A stretch of 59,780 nt of DNA, the filler included, from Bipalium vagum (Eukaryota): NCBI GenBank assembly GCA_037834085.1. It is 3 parts of 3 records of this genome, joined end to end, with 100 filler letters (N's around TTAATTAATTAA, not from the genome) between each part and the next. Parts side by side here need not be neighbours in the genome. Positions count along the whole stretch, not along the records: positions 20,883 to 43,967 come from JBBMKC010213366.1; positions 44,068 to 59,780 come from JBBMKC010150042.1; 1 more part is not named here. One strand, written 5' to 3'. The position numbers and the translations under genes are program-made. Positions 39,326-53,158 of the stretch are shown here, piece after piece. Position 1 is the stretch's first letter. Each line of letters begins with the position of its first letter. The notes under the pieces were generated by a model. That model searched no databases, had not been told where the DNA came from, and saw only the letters and a list, made by a program, of their open reading frames with translations.

Positions 39326-40006
39326 GTTATCTTAGATTTTTGTTTATTAAGTGTTTGTATAAAGTTATTATTCTACAAAACATTCCTCTAATTAATTGGT
39401 AAATGGGATAAATAGTTTTAAAGATTAAAGTTAACTAAAATAAATTTTTAAAAGAAAATGGCGGGAAAATATTTATTTAATATCCCTATAAAGTGGATAA
39501 ATTTAATAAATTTCATTAATGTTGATATGGGTTTTTTCCGTCAATCATTTTTTTTCGGCTTTCTTTTATTCTCCTTTTTTATTTGTTGATTGAGAATATA
39601 AGGCTTCATACCTACTCTTTTCTTCATTAAATATTTTTAACATTTGATTTGTTAATTCCGATAATAATAAATAGTGAGATTATCTACTAATTGTGTTTCA
39701 ATTGATAATTGTGTAGTTTATTTGTTAAGTAAAAAATTACTAAAATATTTAGCCAATTAAAATACACAAAAGTTTGTCTATTTAATTATTTTTTACAAGA
39801 GTTTGACAAAATATCGTAAAAACCCAATAATCTGATGGGATGTGACGTGCTTTTAACTAAAATTAAATCACTGTTATCCACTAAATTATTCAATATTTAG
39901 TGTATCAAATTTAAACCTGACTTCAACTCTTAGGAGGTGCGAAATAATAACAATCAGTAAAGCAATAGCTTGTGTTGAAATCACAAAAAACTCACACAAA
40001 ATCACA

Positions 40007-43000
40007 ATGATATCAATTACACAGAAGTCCCACGCTCAACAAAGGAAGGACAATCTCAAACTCCCATGTGAAGCGCACTCAGCCAAAACAATTTATTGTC
40101 CTCTCAATATTAGTAACCAGCATTGGGTTCTATTGATCTATCCGAAAGAGGCCGAACAGTTCCATATGGATCCTTTAGAAATCCCTTTCAAACCGGATAT
40201 AGTTCTCAAATTAATTAGAACTCTAAATCTTAATTTGAACAAAATGTTCAATATGAACTGCCGGATGAGTGTTTCCCCATATCCAGAAATTATACGCCAA
40301 GACAACAATTACGATTGTGGGCCCTTCATCTGCGCCTACAGTATATTTACCATGAGACTGACCACTGACAAGTCATTTTCTTTTAAAGTCGAATTTATAC
40401 AACAAATCAGAGAAAAAGTTATGGAACTGCAAAATCAAAATGTTAAATTAGCAAATTTTGGTGGCTTCGGGAATCAGAAAAATAGCCGCTCTTTACTTAA
40501 TCATAACATTTCTGAAACTCGGAAAATTACTTGCAAATACCATTCTGTCACAGAAAAAATACGACCGGCAGTAAACTCCGATAAAATAATTACGAGAAAT
40601 ATTAACTTTTTGTTAAATAATAAGCACACCAAGATTTTTTTCGAAAGCCTTCAGTTGGGTGAAAAGTATATTTTCTTCGATTGCACTGTATCAGCAGCAA
40701 TTCTTGATGGATGTACAGATTATTTCTCCAATCATCTTGATCTCAATATGATAAACAATATTTCTGTAATATTTCTCATCTTTCAGCCCCCAAACTCTAA
40801 ACAACGTCTTCTAGTTTTAGATTTTGAAAAAAGGTTTTCTTTTGTTATCAATCCGTCATTTTCCCACAGCTCCGAAATTGCATATTCCATAGTGGGTACA
40901 TTAAAAGAGTTCTTTTTTGAAATTCGGGGAAATGTTGATTGCTTTGATTTGAGTGAGTGCCCTCCACACGAAACACGTGGCTCAGGTCTCTACTCAAATT
41001 TAATCTTTTGCGGAATAATTGAGAACTATTCAGGTGGTGTAGACCTGACTGGTTTTAACTTCCAGTCCATTTGGGAAAAAATTTTATCTTCATTTGATCT
41101 AATGTGTCTTGAAACCCCTAAGTTTGCTCTTTCTCCACTTTCAATGAATGAGAAAAGGCTCAGCAAAAAAGATAGACAAAGTAGGGCTAAGGCACTTTTA
41201 ATAGAAATGATCGAAAACGATTATGACGTTGACCGTATCATGGATAAAATTTTGAGTCTCTTTCCTTCTCGACCTTCTGTTTCACGTCATAAACCATATC
41301 TTGGGTCAAACATGTTTAAAGAGAAATTGAATAAATTTGCTGTAAGATCTAATTTTAATAAAAATATGAAATACACAGTAAATAAGATTCTCAATTATGA
41401 TATTATTGATTCCCGACTATCAATGATAGATATTATTGGACACTTTACTTACTTTTTACCTGAAAACAAAACTTGGATTTTTAACGAATTTTGTAAGTCT
41501 TCCTCGACCGAACTATATCTTGATTTGATTTTACCTGCTGAAGTGTGTATCGCACTGAAAAAAGTTGATAACACAACTCCTGGATGCGATGGAATTACAT
41601 AAAGTAACTTTAAATATTTGGATCCTGATGGAGACATATTATGCTTTTTGTTTAATAAAATAATTGAATCCGGAAAATTTTCATCTCTTTGGACTTTGTT
41701 TAAAACATCTTTAATTCCAAAACCTGGCAAAAGTTGATGTCACCTGGTGTCTCCTCTGTACTTCCTACAAGATTTTCGCTGCGATTTTCTGTAGCACATT
41801 AAACATCTGGGTCAAGGAAAACAATCTTCTTTATTTTTATCAAAAAGATGGCAATGAGTATGAAGGATGTGTCGAGCATAATGCGGTTCTAACTGCAGCT
41901 TTAAAACTCTCTAAATATTCAAAAATTTACCAAATTTCCATTGCTTGGCTCGACATCAAAGACACTTTTCCGAGTGTTCCATACCAATATCTGTGGTCAC
42001 TTCTTCGATAAATAGAGGTCGGCAAAAACTTCGTAAAAATATTGGAATTATGTTACAATAACATCAGAACATTTTACAGCTGCGGGCCTTTGACAACGCC
42101 GAATCTGTCAATTCGGAGAGGTGTAAGACAAGGCTGTCCACTTTCCATGTTACTTTTCGGAATTGCAATAAATCCGGTTCTTGAAGCTGTAAACTCTGTT
42201 TCGGTCCCATTTTTTATGATTGGAACTTCTGAAATAAGAGTTTCGGCTTATGCAGATGATATCGTCATTATTGCCAATAATTCTGCTGACTTACAGAAAA
42301 TTATCGATGCAGCCGTTTCAATCACTAAGTGGTCAGGAATGCACTACCATCCTGAGAAATGTGCTTTCCTAAATTTGCCACAAGATGAAATGAGTAGTAT
42401 CATTTCCATCTACAATATTCCACTTCGTCGGCTGACTTCTAAAGATTTCTATCAGTATTTGGGTGTTCCTGTTGGTGTGGAAATTGAAAGCCTACAAAAT
42501 CCTTTTGCATTCTCGTTTGGTTTTTTCATTCAGAACCAGAGAAGTAAAAATTAAAACGATTTGCAGACCATTAAAACCTGGTTCGGGTAATGAGAATAGA
42601 AGTTCAAAAATCAGATCATACTTAAAACAAATCCTGAAACTACCACCACAAGCCGAATCCAACTACCTCTATTCTTCTATAGAAAATGGAGGAACTGGTT
42701 TGACTGATTTGCGTGATGAATATTCTACTCAATGTATTGTACAAGGTTTTCGTCTCTTGACAGTATCATGCGATTCTACTCGTAAAATCATTTCTGACTC
42801 TCCTTTTTTGTCCCGGCTACTCGTCTAACTTCATCTCCTTGTAATATTTCGGATTGTCTTCAATGGATTAATGGTGGTAAGACAAAATATAACTCAACAT
42901 TGAAAAAATCTTGGTGGCTGAGAGTGAAACAATCCATTGATTATTTTAGAAAATCTTTAGCTATTTTTATTTCTTTTGAATTGGAAAGAGATATGGTTAC

Positions 43001-43829
43001 CCTTCGAATTTCTTCTGAAAGAAGAGGTACCTCTATAAGCATCTTTAAAGAACAAAGTGCTTTGTCTCATCTTCTCTATCTTTACATTCAAAGTTCTTTC
43101 GGTTTGAAGTGGCACAACATCAAGCGGAGTAATCTTATTGCTGATACTGTTAAACTGTGCCATACTGCAAATAAAATGATTTTTAACGGTGGTTTGAGTT
43201 ACTTTGGCTTCAAATTTATTCATAAAGCTCGCTCAAACTCGCTTCCTATTAATGCAAGACCATGGAATAAATGCAAAGATTTTCTGGTCTGCAGACTCTT
43301 TCACTTTTCTGAGGAATCAATGACGCATGTGTTGCAAAATTGTTTTCCAAACTTGTCATTGTGAACAGAGCGTCATAATGCTTGCTTAAAGAAAATTGCT
43401 GATGCACTTTGTAGTGCTGACATTATTGTAGTCATGGACAAGAAATGTGAGCTCTTGAAAGATTGCAACGAACGAGTTGATCTTTTGATCACATATGTTG
43501 AGAAAAAAATGACTTTTCTCATTGATATCAAATGTCCGATGGATATCCTGGAAAATTTCAGAAATTCAGATAAAGACAATTTAGCTAAATACGCAGATCT
43601 TCGTAATCGACTTCAAGTGTTGAAGCCTGATTATAAAGTTGTATTACATACATGCATAATTGGGTCTCTAGGAACAGTACCACCAAAAACAGTTGATGTA
43701 TTGGAGAAAATCGGTGACCGGAGTTCAAAAATTGGTTCACTTTTCAAGGAATATGTAGCATCAAATATTGAATACTGGACAAAGATTTGGCAGTACCATG
43801 TTACAGGAATACTGAGATCTATCTATTAG
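40007..43829 (+). mobile_element. RLE-type non-LTR retrotransposon (NeSL/R2-like): Ulp1 protease(s) - RT - CCHC knuckle - PD-(D/E)xK endonuclease; frameshifted and probably 5'-truncated
   Basis: Ulp1 motifs QHWVLL..MDPL..RQDNNYDCGPF; RT motifs TPGCDGIT, LIPK, AWLDIKDTF, GVRQGCPLS, AYADD, YLGV; degenerate knuckle CRLF..ESMTHVLQNC followed by RHN; RVDL..IDIKCP..KY..IIGSLG. Several stops and frameshifts between the supplied ORFs. Confidence 0.92.
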
Positions 43830-43967
43830 GTTGTCTAATAAATTAGTGTCGTTTTTTTTCGATGTCGTTTTGAATGACATTAGATGCATCTATTATTAAT
43901 TTAATATTTAAATAGACAGATCACGTGTTTGTTATTTATTAATAGTTGTTTTAACTCATTAGTTTTT

Positions 43968-44067
43968 NNNNNNNNNNNNNNNNNNNNNNNNNNNNNNNNN
44001 NNNNNNNNNNNTTAATTAATTAANNNNNNNNNNNNNNNNNNNNNNNNNNNNNNNNNNNNNNNNNNNN
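43968..44067. other. Artificial scaffold-joining spacer
   Basis: Identical 44 N + TTAATTAATTAA + 44 N structure. Confidence 0.92.

Positions 44068-44137
<70 letters not shown>
44068..44137. repeat. (ATT)n microsatellite
   Basis: Pure ATT array at a scaffold start. Confidence 0.95.
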
Positions 44138-44138
<1 letters not shown>

Positions 44139-46068
44139 AGATTTATTATATAATTTTTTTTGTAGAATTAAATAAAATTATTCCATTTTAGAAATTTATA
44201 TTTGTCCCTCTTTCAATATGAATAAAATCCTTTTTTGAATAATAACACCAGCTTCACAGTCTTTACAAATTAATTAAAATAATTATTATTACGATATTAA
44301 TAATATATAATTATTTATGTGTGATATATAATTGTTATATTAATAATTCTTACCCTTGAGAATTCTTTGAAGTGACCATGCGAATTTTAGTTAAAATGGT
44401 TAATGTTGTCACAAATCTCAGAAAAAAGCTTTATTAATTCTTATTTCTCAATTAATTAACATTTTTCACGATCTTTGATTTAATCAATCAATCCTTTTTC
44501 GAATAACACAGGAGATTTGAAGGTAAAGAACTTTTAAAATGTCAATAAAATAAATAGTTATATAAATAATTTATCCTTTGTTTATGTTAATAAAAAAAAT
44601 AATTATTATTAATAATTATAATTTAATGATAATAAAATAAGAAATAAATCAATATTAAGAAATTATTGCTAAAATAAAAAATTGATTAAATATAAAAATA
44701 GTGAATCTTGTCCGGATAAATTATTCCACATTTATTTTCGTTTTCCTGACGACTTATAATCTCTAAGTGAAATAGAGAAAGTTTTGTGTTCATCCAGGCT
44801 TTATTTCGAAGTGTAGGTTTCCTCGTCGATTAACGAAGAACATTTTGTGAGATGATTTTTCCTCAGGAATCCACATGGAACCGTAGGAAGTCGTTTTTTA
44901 AAAACATAACCGATCTTGGTTCGAGGACAGAGATATCAGTTTAGCTGGGTTAAAGCAGCTGATTTTCAACAATGATACTACTGCATCTTTTAGAAGTTTC
45001 GAGAGGAACAGGTTATAATGAGCTCCAGTTGGAAATAAATAATTTATTCAGTGAAATAGTCCTAACTTTTAAGTGAGGCTAACAGTAACCGGATGTGTCC
45101 TGAATTTCTTAACTAAATGATTTCTGCTTTCCTACAAATGTCTAGCCTCTTCACAACTCTATCTCGGTTTCAGTCCAATCAGTACACACTTACTAGCTAT
45201 TAAGATCGCTTCATAACGGAATGCCTTTTCTCTTTGGACTTAAAAATTCACCATGACCAGTTTTCCATTAAGAGTCTCTATGAGCACGGGATTATGCAGT
45301 TAAAGAAGAGAAAAAGAAAAGTCGTAGAGCAGAATAGAAATGTCTTTATTTTTATTATTTTCATAAATAAAAGTTTATCGTCTGTAAAAAGTTTGTTTAA
45401 ATCTGTGTGAAAGTGCAACATAAAAATGAGTTTTATGTAACTAAGGGCCGTTATTGCGCTGATCTTTTTAGAATTGTAAAGTTTTCTAATTTTTAGTGAG
45501 AAGTATTGAAAAAGGTGAGAAAATTATTTCTCTATTATTTTATTTTATATTTTCGCATCTTTAATGTATATATATTGCTATGGTAACAGATAATTATTAA
45601 TAAATATAAATTATTATAATTTTGAAAAAAGTAATATAATTATCAAAAAATGCAACTTGTTTAATTCAATGGTAAGATGGACCCCAGTTCTGTTTATCCA
45701 AGTCTCTAAAACATATGGACAGACAACCTTTTGTTGAAGGTACAATTTTTCAACAACATTTCTGTTTTTAAAGATTTCTTTAACGTTTAACCCGAAGTCC
45801 TAATATACAAATAAACAAAATCTCTCCAAGAAATGGAACACGTTTAATGTGCTTTCATAATTTGGTCTTTAATTTTTATTGAAAGAGAAATGGTCACAAA
45901 ATCGATCGACGTCATTTTGCACAACTTTTATATTTTGTTTTAATGAAGCGCTTTTATGGACAATCAACTTCAATCTTGAGACTTCTTATTGAAGTGATTA
46001 CATCAATTAAATACTTAACAGACTTTGCGATTGTCTTGCTAAAATATTAAAATAAAACATAAAATTAT

Positions 46069-47950
46069 TATTGGCTGTGTGAATTAATTCGGTCCGTTTT
46101 TTTGTCAATTAATTATTGATTATTTTTTGACCATATTAAACCTTCTGATTTTTTCATTTATTTTTTTAGTTTTAGAATATTTTCATAATATTTTGCTAAT
46201 AAACTTTTGAAACTGTAACAATAAAACCTTGTTTAACTCAATTAAAAATGTCAACATTAGAGGAAGTGCTCATTTCCTACTTTTATTTAAAAAAACAACT
46301 GAAGCTCATCGAATGCTCATGGAAGCTTGTGGTGAAATTGATCCCCGAGCGATAAGTCATGCAGGGAATGCTTTAGAGGTTTACAGGATGGAACAGCCAC
46401 AAATTTTAAAATGAAATAAAAGGCCAAAACATAACATTTGTTATGAAATTATTATTTATTATTTACTTTTTTTTCAATTTTTCAGTACACGAGCTACAAC
46501 CAAAACTATGTTGGACTATCGAAAGTTTCTGACCCGAAAAAGTGAGCATTGAAATTTTTTTTAATTTTTCAGAATAAAATTTCTTAAAGAAAGAATAATT
46601 TCTCGATTATTTAAAAATATATAAAAAATATAAATTATAAATTATAATCAAATTTTTATATAATTAAGATGATTTTTTATTCGAAAAATTTTATTAGGTG
46701 GAAAGGAAAGTTCGAAATTGTTTCATTAAAATTAACATAAATCTTTTGACGCACACAAATAAATTAAGTAAAAAAATATTTATTATGAAAAGGCTAATCA
46801 GACCTGAGGAATTTTTAATCATTGTGTTTATTTAAGAAGTTAATTATGCTAAATATTTAGTATGTGTTTTGATTAATATTGGGTTGTCTGAAGTGTCCGC
46901 CGATTTTGTGAATAGGCGTTGAAAAACTTCTACAAATATTTATATTGATATTCTATTTGTTTATATATTTCAATTATATAAATTTAAGAATTGCGGCATT
47001 CAAATTGCTTTAAGAAGTTTTGGATTTTAGTAATAAATAAGCATTTATTTATATTTAGAAATGAGCATAAATAAAGAAAACATCGATACATTATGAAATT
47101 TTATTAATGGAACGCAGATTGCGAAAAGCATTTTCGCGGTTTATGGTGCAGATGCTGTATCATATAGAACAGTCCGTGAATGATTCCATCGATATCGCTC
47201 AGGAAATTTTGACATCAAAAACGCATTTCGTCCTGGCTGGTTAACATGTCAGAAATTCGATCAAATCTTTTAAAAGGAGGAAGACAGCCATATTGGCAGT
47301 CGTGAAATCGTAGAGGACATTGGTATTCATCATCAAACAGTTTTAAATCATTTTATGAAAGCTGATTTTAAAAATAAATCGGATGTTTGGATTCCGCATG
47401 ATTTAACAGCGAAAATTTTAATAAACTGAAACCAAACATTGTGTTTCACCATGACAACGCAAGACCACACGTGTTTTGATGACTCAAAGAAATTTGAAGG
47501 AACTTGATTGGAAAGTTTTGTTGCATCCTCCATATAGTCCTGATATTGCATCGTCAGATATCATTTGTTTAGATATCAAAGATGGACGAATAGAAGTAAA
47601 ATCATGCTATGGTGGGACCAACCTGGAATATTGTACCATGAGGTTCTCAAACCTTCTGAAACTGTAACTAGTGATTGATATCAGCAGAATTACTCGATTT
47701 AAGTCGAGCAATAAGTACCAAGAGATCACAATATGACCTAAGACAAGATCAGATCATTTTGTAACATGATATCACCAGACCACATCTTGCAAAACCAATT
47801 AAAAGAACATTGCAAAGACTTGACTGGTTCTACCTCACTCACCAGACATACGCGATCTGACTTCCACTTGTTACGATCCATGCAGCATTCTCTTGTTGGA
47901 CAGGCCTTCAATTCTATGAAGATGTCAAAAAATAGATAGGTTGATTGTGC
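46069..47950 (+). mobile_element. Mos1-like mariner split by a nested second mariner (about 46877-47570)
   Basis: Outer element: TIR tattggctgtgtgaattaattc, KKTTEAHRMLMEACG, later WDQPGILYHEVLKPSETV..HDITRPHLAKPIK. Inner element: TIR tattgggttgtc, MSINKEK, VFHHDNARPH, LHPPYSPDIASSD. Confidence 0.8.
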
Positions 47951-50199
47951 TTTATTACAGACAAATTGATATACTTATCGAATAAATCTTTTTTGCAATA
48001 GAATTGTTTTGGAATTTTCTTCAATTAAAAAAATTTTTTTAAGATTACCATTCTTCTTCAAAAGTAATAATAACAATTTCCTTCTTTTAATAATCTTCTT
48101 TAATCAAAATCCTGGCAAATCTTTTTTTTTCTGGGAAAGTTTCCCAAAAAAACCTTGAATCTCCCTGAAAGGCAGTGCTTTACTGGATATAGCCATTTCT
48201 CAGAAATTCACTACATCAATCAAAAAAAGTTTCTTATTATTATTATAATTATTACTATTCCTTTATAATGATAATAATTATTAATATTATTAAAAATATT
48301 ATTATTATTATTGACCCTCCTTCAAATCCGTCCTTCATCAAATTCTCTTGCAAGGTGCCTTTGGGCCAACCCAACATTTTCCATATATTATTATTAGTAC
48401 CAATATTACCATTATTTCTAACTAGTGAGAAGATAATAAGTGGGACAACCACCAAAGACGGATTAACTCGAATTCCACACAAAAGACAACTGAAAGACCA
48501 CGAATATCAACCGCTGTCATGTTCTCAATATCAAAAAATACATAAATAAATTGAAGATGTTTTATAACTCAAAGGGTTTCGTGAAATTTAAGATAACGTT
48601 CTCTTTCTTCGTTTTATTTTATATTAGTTTTTCATCCTTGTTTCTTTCAATGTAATTCTGTGATCGTTTGATAATGACGCTTTTATTTTGTAATAAAAAA
48701 TTTCCTTGATAAATGCTCGTTGTTAAACCCGTTTATTTTTCATTGCCATTAATGGATTAAAACCATTGAATAACAAGAAGTTCTTTTAGACTTCTTCCTA
48801 GACCAATTGTACTCGTTTAAAATAGGAAAAAAAGGTTCGATCAACAATATTCTCGTTTCCTGGTCTTACTCGGCTCTTTGAATATTTTTAATTTTACAAA
48901 GCAAAAACACTTAAGATTTTAAAAGGAAATTTATTATTCAGCATACCATCCCCTAAGATCAATACATTTGTTTCAGTGATTCTCCAGCTAGAGAATACTA
49001 CTTCCTTTATGGATTCTTTATTCTGATTGAACAGCATTTTTTCTCTTTTTAATTTCACGTCTTCTATTATACGGCTGGTCCAAAAGATTTGGACTGTTTA
49101 TTTTTCCAGCTATTGTTTTACCGATTTAAAGGTAACAAAACAAAAAGTATCAATTAACAAAATCAATTTTGTATCCTAAAAACTGAGACAAATTTTTTTT
49201 ACTTTACCTTTTTTACTGACCTGGCTCCTTTGAGTTGCTTTTCAACTTACCTATCAGTTACAGTTCACTCTCCGCACAGGTCTTTGGATTCGATCGTTAC
49301 AAACCTCCGGATAAAATCAGACTTATTTTTGTAAGACAGTATAAATGTTACTGTAAAAGTTTTATTGATCCAATTTTTGTCTTCAGTTAAAAAATGTGAC
49401 AGCCATATTGCTCCCATGTTTCTCAAAAGTGATTCTTTTTTCAAGACTCACTCATTCAGAATGACATTTCCAAAGTCCGAGAAATTTCACAGAGCCTTTT
49501 GTCATCTGTTATTGTTAATATATCATAGATATGATTGGGATTTTCTTCAATCATAACAGCTTTCGGAAGATGAATGAAAAGGATCAGAAATTGTCTATTT
49601 GTCAATTCTTGGAAGTAGGAGTCTCCACATTTCAGAATCCAACTCAATGGAAAAATTTAAAAGAGCACTAATAAAATTTATCATGAAAAGAAACCTTCTA
49701 AGCAAAGCTATAAATATTATAAAAAATATTCAAGTGAACCTCACAAATGAAACCTTTTATAGTTTGATTATTTTCGCATTGATTTTTAAAGCTTTCAATC
49801 ATTTAAGGACATTGTTCGTCGTTACAATTTGAATTTTCTGTCAAATAATGTACCTTAATTAAAACCTTTATATGACATTAATTGAGACATTGCGTTGTCA
49901 TAAAGATTATTTGCATTTATAAAAATAAATTTGAGTGAAGCACTTAAAAATGTTCTTTTATTTATTGATTTCACAATTTACGAATATACTGATTTATCTA
50001 TCCTGCGATACTTATTTGTCCATCTCCTTAACGTTTTCAATTTTGTTTTCAATCGTCAGTTGGGCACTGCTAGGTTGCCTACAGACGACAGAACTCGCTG
50101 ATACTCATTGATAATCTGACGCATGTGACTCAATTATAAAAACTCACCAAATAATGTTTCAAAATTAAGAATCTTCAGACGTTTACATACCAAATTGCA

Positions 50200-52350
50200 T
50201 CCAGAAATCAAAATTGTATCAAAATCTCAATTACCCTCACTGTAATATTAAATTTGGTTAAACTGGTACCATATTTTACTGATACTTGTCTTTCCGTTTT
50301 GATTGTCTTGCTATCATATTTTCTACGTTAATTCCAAATTTTGTTTTCCTCAGATTCTCTATAAGCCTGGCCTCCACAGTATTTCGATGCTTCACCATAA
50401 ATGATTCATCTCTCGTTAGAGCGTAACAATCTCGCCTATTTTCCATTTCCGATTCGCGTAATGTAGCATCAGTTTTTGTCCGTGATAACGTGGCTAGATC
50501 TCAGTACCAACTAATCCAACTCCTATCGATTCGGATAATCTATACAACCATTTTGACATAGTATTCAACCAATATCTTGCTCTCCAGCAACATATTTAAC
50601 TCATCTTGTTGACAATTCGTCTAACTATTCCTCATTACTTATGTCATCCCGTGGTCGTATGTCCGGCTTGGCCACGAATGTCAGAAATATAATTAAACGG
50701 AGGAAATTAAAATTTCTCATTGTATCTGAAAAGTCACCTCCTGGTGGGATCATTTGTGCCAAAATCGACCACTATTACAATTCATCTGGTGACCTAATTC
50801 TTCAAACAGTTACTATCTACATTGGGTCATCTTCTGAACCATTCGTCTTTTGAATGATGGCTCATTTTGGTTTATTTTTCTGAATTGGTCTCCATTTCTC
50901 TTTTTTCGTGTTCAACACCATTATTATTCGCCGAGTTAATATCCAGAAACATTTCAAATCTGTCTCTTTATTTGTAGAAACCTGAGTTTCTAGAAAGGAT
51001 TCTTCGAAATCTACGTCTTTTCCTATACTTTCTATTACTAATATCTTACAAGTTCTTAAAAACTCAATTTCCTGCTTCAAGTGACCGAGATAGGGGACTT
51101 TCTGTCTCAGACACATCATCTACCTATTATTTTTTTCCTATGTAGTTTGTTATGGTTCATCTATATCTCAGTGAACCACTTCATGACTCTCGAGTTCTGC
51201 CTAAACCAAGATTTAATTAGGTCTATTTCTTTATAAAACATTTTTTGCTGAACGTAAGAAATATAGTTCTATCTCCGGTATTTATAAGGCAATTGGTTTT
51301 CTTGTCATTTCCGGAAAAGAAAGACAGTTTTCTTATCTGGTTGATAGTATATTATATCAATGATTGATATATAGTATTGGGTGAAAATCAATGATCATTA
51401 TATTTATTATTCATTATACTTCCAAAATATCAACTCATGCGACAGGACTACCTTCCCTCGTTGGTTAGCTGATATACCATACCCAAAGAAAATACAACAA
51501 AGAAATGAAAAAAAGATAAATTACTGCAGAAAAGTTAATTAATTAGTCAAATCATATTTCTACACCAACAATAACATCATATATTCTTCCACTCTCCTAA
51601 AACTCGCAAACTGGTTGTATGGATCAATCCTTTTATGGATAACACAGTTCCAAAATCCAGGCTTCTCTGTTGCTTTCTAAGGTTGGATTTTCGTGAACAA
51701 TTTCAAGCTTGACAATTTACGCATTTTCCTCTTTATGACAGCTTTTTGCTCTCTCCACCAATGTTTCTTAATATGGCAGCAAAATTCCACTAAATGTTGA
51801 TGATCAATGCTGCTTCACATGTCCATAAAATCATAATCCAGTTTGTTGCTGCTCAATAACTGCGTTTTCTTATTTCTGTTTTCTCTTCTTGCTTCTTTTC
51901 GTTGGGTTTAAAGTTGCATTATTCTTAATTGAATAGTTGATTGCTTCCTTTGTTGAGTACATTTCTTAATTATTAATTATGACATCAAAAGATATCATTT
52001 GTTGAAGTTTTCTTGATAATTCTTCTGTTATTTGGTTCCGTTTTTGATAAAACCTTCTCTGTTTGTATTCCACTAGTACTGCTTACTTCAAACATTCTAA
52101 TCACTGGGGCTCTTTCCCTTTGCTACTTTTTACAAACGTGTTGATATCCAATAATTTATGGTTCTCCTTGGTAAATTATTTCCTTGTCATAAATTTCTTT
52201 AAGTCGTCCGCACTTCTCCTAACCTATATAACTCTTCGTACTTGTAGTCTTTAACTGTTACCCAAATATCATCGCAATTGTCTCTATAACCTGTTATTGC
52301 CACCATCCATACTTGTTCATAAATTCTGAGGTATAAATTCTTTATATCAA
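50200..52350 (-). mobile_element. Highly degraded LTR (Gypsy-like) retrotransposon pol remnant
   Basis: Short pol-like peptides IDLIKSWFRQ, RQKVPYLGH, KTNGS among many stops; no LTRs identified. Confidence 0.4.
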
Positions 52351-52599
52351 ATTATAACAGATTATCATTAGCTCAATCATTCTATAGATATAGAAGCTAC
52401 GACCACTGGAACCTAGAAAAGGTATTCTATTCTCTTAAGTGTTAATTTCACGGTCTGAAATGCCGAATATCACGTTAGTTCCACTAATACCTTTGATCTA
52501 CCTTGTTTCTATTCTCAATTATCAAAATGCAGTAATTAATGAACAATTGTGAGGTGAAAATGGAACTCAAAATTCAAATCAATATTCTAAAAATGATAA

Positions 52600-53158
52600 A
52601 ATCAAAGCCAGACCGTATTAAAAGTCTTATTGTGAATCAGCAATCGATTGCAAATTTCTAAAAGGTTCAATATTTGGGAATCATTCAATAGATGTGGTAT
52701 CCATTGATACATCTTCTTTTACTTTGTCAATTTATTTCAAGTGGTGCGAAAATTCTCATGGTGCCAAGTTGAAAGGATTGACAAATATTCTGTTCAATTT
52801 TTGTTCGTCCACCATGGTTATTACCCGGGTTTCATGGCCCCATTCAAATTTTGCATGCCATTGCCGAATAGGACGATCATTAGTTGAATGTTGTTCAAAT
52901 ACGTAATTAATATTTTGGGTGGCTTCTGATGCGTAATGTCGCGATTTATACTCATACAAAAATTATTTCCATTTTCACTTTTGTAATGCTACATATTGTA
53001 TACTAATTTTTTAAAAATTGATTTATTTAATCAAATACCACTGTTAAATTTGACCTTCAAAATGAGATATAAAATATTTTGCTATCTTAAATATTGACTG
53101 ATCTACGTTTATAAAAATACCGACAACAGTCAGACATTTCATATTGTATAACCTAATA
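52600..53158 (-). mobile_element. Mariner 5' fragment
   Basis: TIR ..tataacctaata; LYEYKSRHYASEATQNINYVFEQHSTNDRPIRQWHAKF. Confidence 0.75.

Noticed and set aside
44340-44385. Minus-strand ATG..gtaaga (MVTSKNSQG) as a first exon
   Set aside because: Too short, runs into a scaffold end, and has no homology support.
44930-45015. agtttcgagaggaac and agctgggtt resemble the LSU rRNA sarcin-ricin loop region
   Set aside because: The core AGTACGAGAGGAAC is mismatched, flanking helices and the peptidyl-transferase sequence are absent, and a similar 12-mer occurs by chance in the intron near 56535.
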